From contig CAWEXU010000010.1 of the NCBI GenBank assembly GCA_963813075.1, positions 1-64,000 of the forward strand: a DNA stretch of 64,000 nt. Direction: 5' to 3'. Positions 63,415 through 64,000 of this stretch are shown here, one piece after another; position 1 is the stretch's first letter, and every line of letters begins with the position of its first letter. The position numbers were made by a program, and so were the translations under genes. The stretch comes from Methanotrichaceae archaeon. Lineage in GTDB: Archaea > Halobacteriota > Methanosarcinia > Methanotrichales > Methanotrichaceae. Below the pieces are notes generated by a model that saw nothing but the letters and a program-made list of their open reading frames with translations, did not search any database and was not told where the DNA came from.

Positions 63415-64000
63415 ATGATCCTGGGTCTGGATATCGGCGGGGCGAACACCAAGGCGGCTAGTGTTGACGGCAAATATGCCAGGAGCGTCTATCTTCCCCT
63501 CTGGAAGAACTCGCCCCTGGAGAAGGTGCTGAAGAGAATCAATGCAGAGCAGAAGCCGGAGGCGGTGGCGGTGGTCATCACCGGAGAGCTTGCCGACTGC
63601 TTTTCCTCTAAAAAAGAGGGATTAGAGAGCATCATGAATGCGGCCTGCCGGGCCTTCTCCTGTCCGGTCTATTTCTGGGGACATGCCGGGTTTGCGAGAA
63701 AGGATGTGACAGATATCATGGCGGCAGATAACATGGATCTCGCTGTCATGGATCTCGCTGCAGCCAACTGGTCCGCATCGGCTGAGCTTCTGGCTCGCGA
63801 GCTAGGCACCTCTCTTTTTGTGGACATGGGCAGCACCACCACCGACCTGATTCCCATTAAGTCAAAGCCCCTGGCAGCGAAGACCGACTTCCTCCGCCTG
63901 GCCTCCGGAGAGCTGGTCTACATGGGCCTATTGCGAACACGTCTCGATTCCATTCTGCCCGTGGCCAGAATCAGAGGACATCATGTGCCGCTTGCCCCGG
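63415..64000 (+). CDS. hydantoinase/oxoprolinase-like protein (MfnF-like), truncated at the window edge
   Basis: GLDIGGANTK, TGELADCF, AAANW, DMGSTTTDLIP. Confidence 0.85.
   Translation, partial: MILGLDIGGANTKAASVDGKYARSVYLPLWKNSPLEKVLKRINAEQKPEAVAVVITGELADCFSSKKEGLESIMNAACRAFSCPVYFWGHAGFARKDVTDIMAADNMDLAVMDLAAANWSASAELLARELGTSLFVDMGSTTTDLIPIKSKPLAAKTDFLRLASGELVYMGLLRTRLDSILPVARIRGHHVPLAP

Overview
Archaeal chromosomal segment from a methanogen, most likely Methanothrix/Methanotrichaceae. The taxon is inferred from cfbB/cfbC, cofH, Mfn/Mpt-like cofactor genes, a DUF1608 S-layer protein, EF-1beta and an intron-containing tRNA. About 60 mostly housekeeping CDS and 2 tRNAs are present. No CRISPR array, integrase or transposase was seen. 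Many genes, including essential ones (gltX, cfbB, cfbC, cofH), carry single-base frameshifts, which suggests assembly indel errors rather than real pseudogenes. The standout is a tightly coupled minus-strand operon glnA-gltB1-gltB2-gltB3-fdhA-HycB-like-HycF-like (11327-19161). It places an intact formate dehydrogenase and its Fe-S wire where a glutamate synthase electron-donor subunit is expected, making it a candidate formate-driven ammonium-assimilation system. Other signals are short tandem triplications clustered on stop codons, a TPR-CHAT protease next to a Pycsar-effector-like membrane protein, a tRNA-Arg with an Ala-type G3:U70 pair, a HisB paralogue missing metal ligands, and a Cys-rich repeat secreted protein. 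Family assignments come from recognised motifs; no database searches were run.
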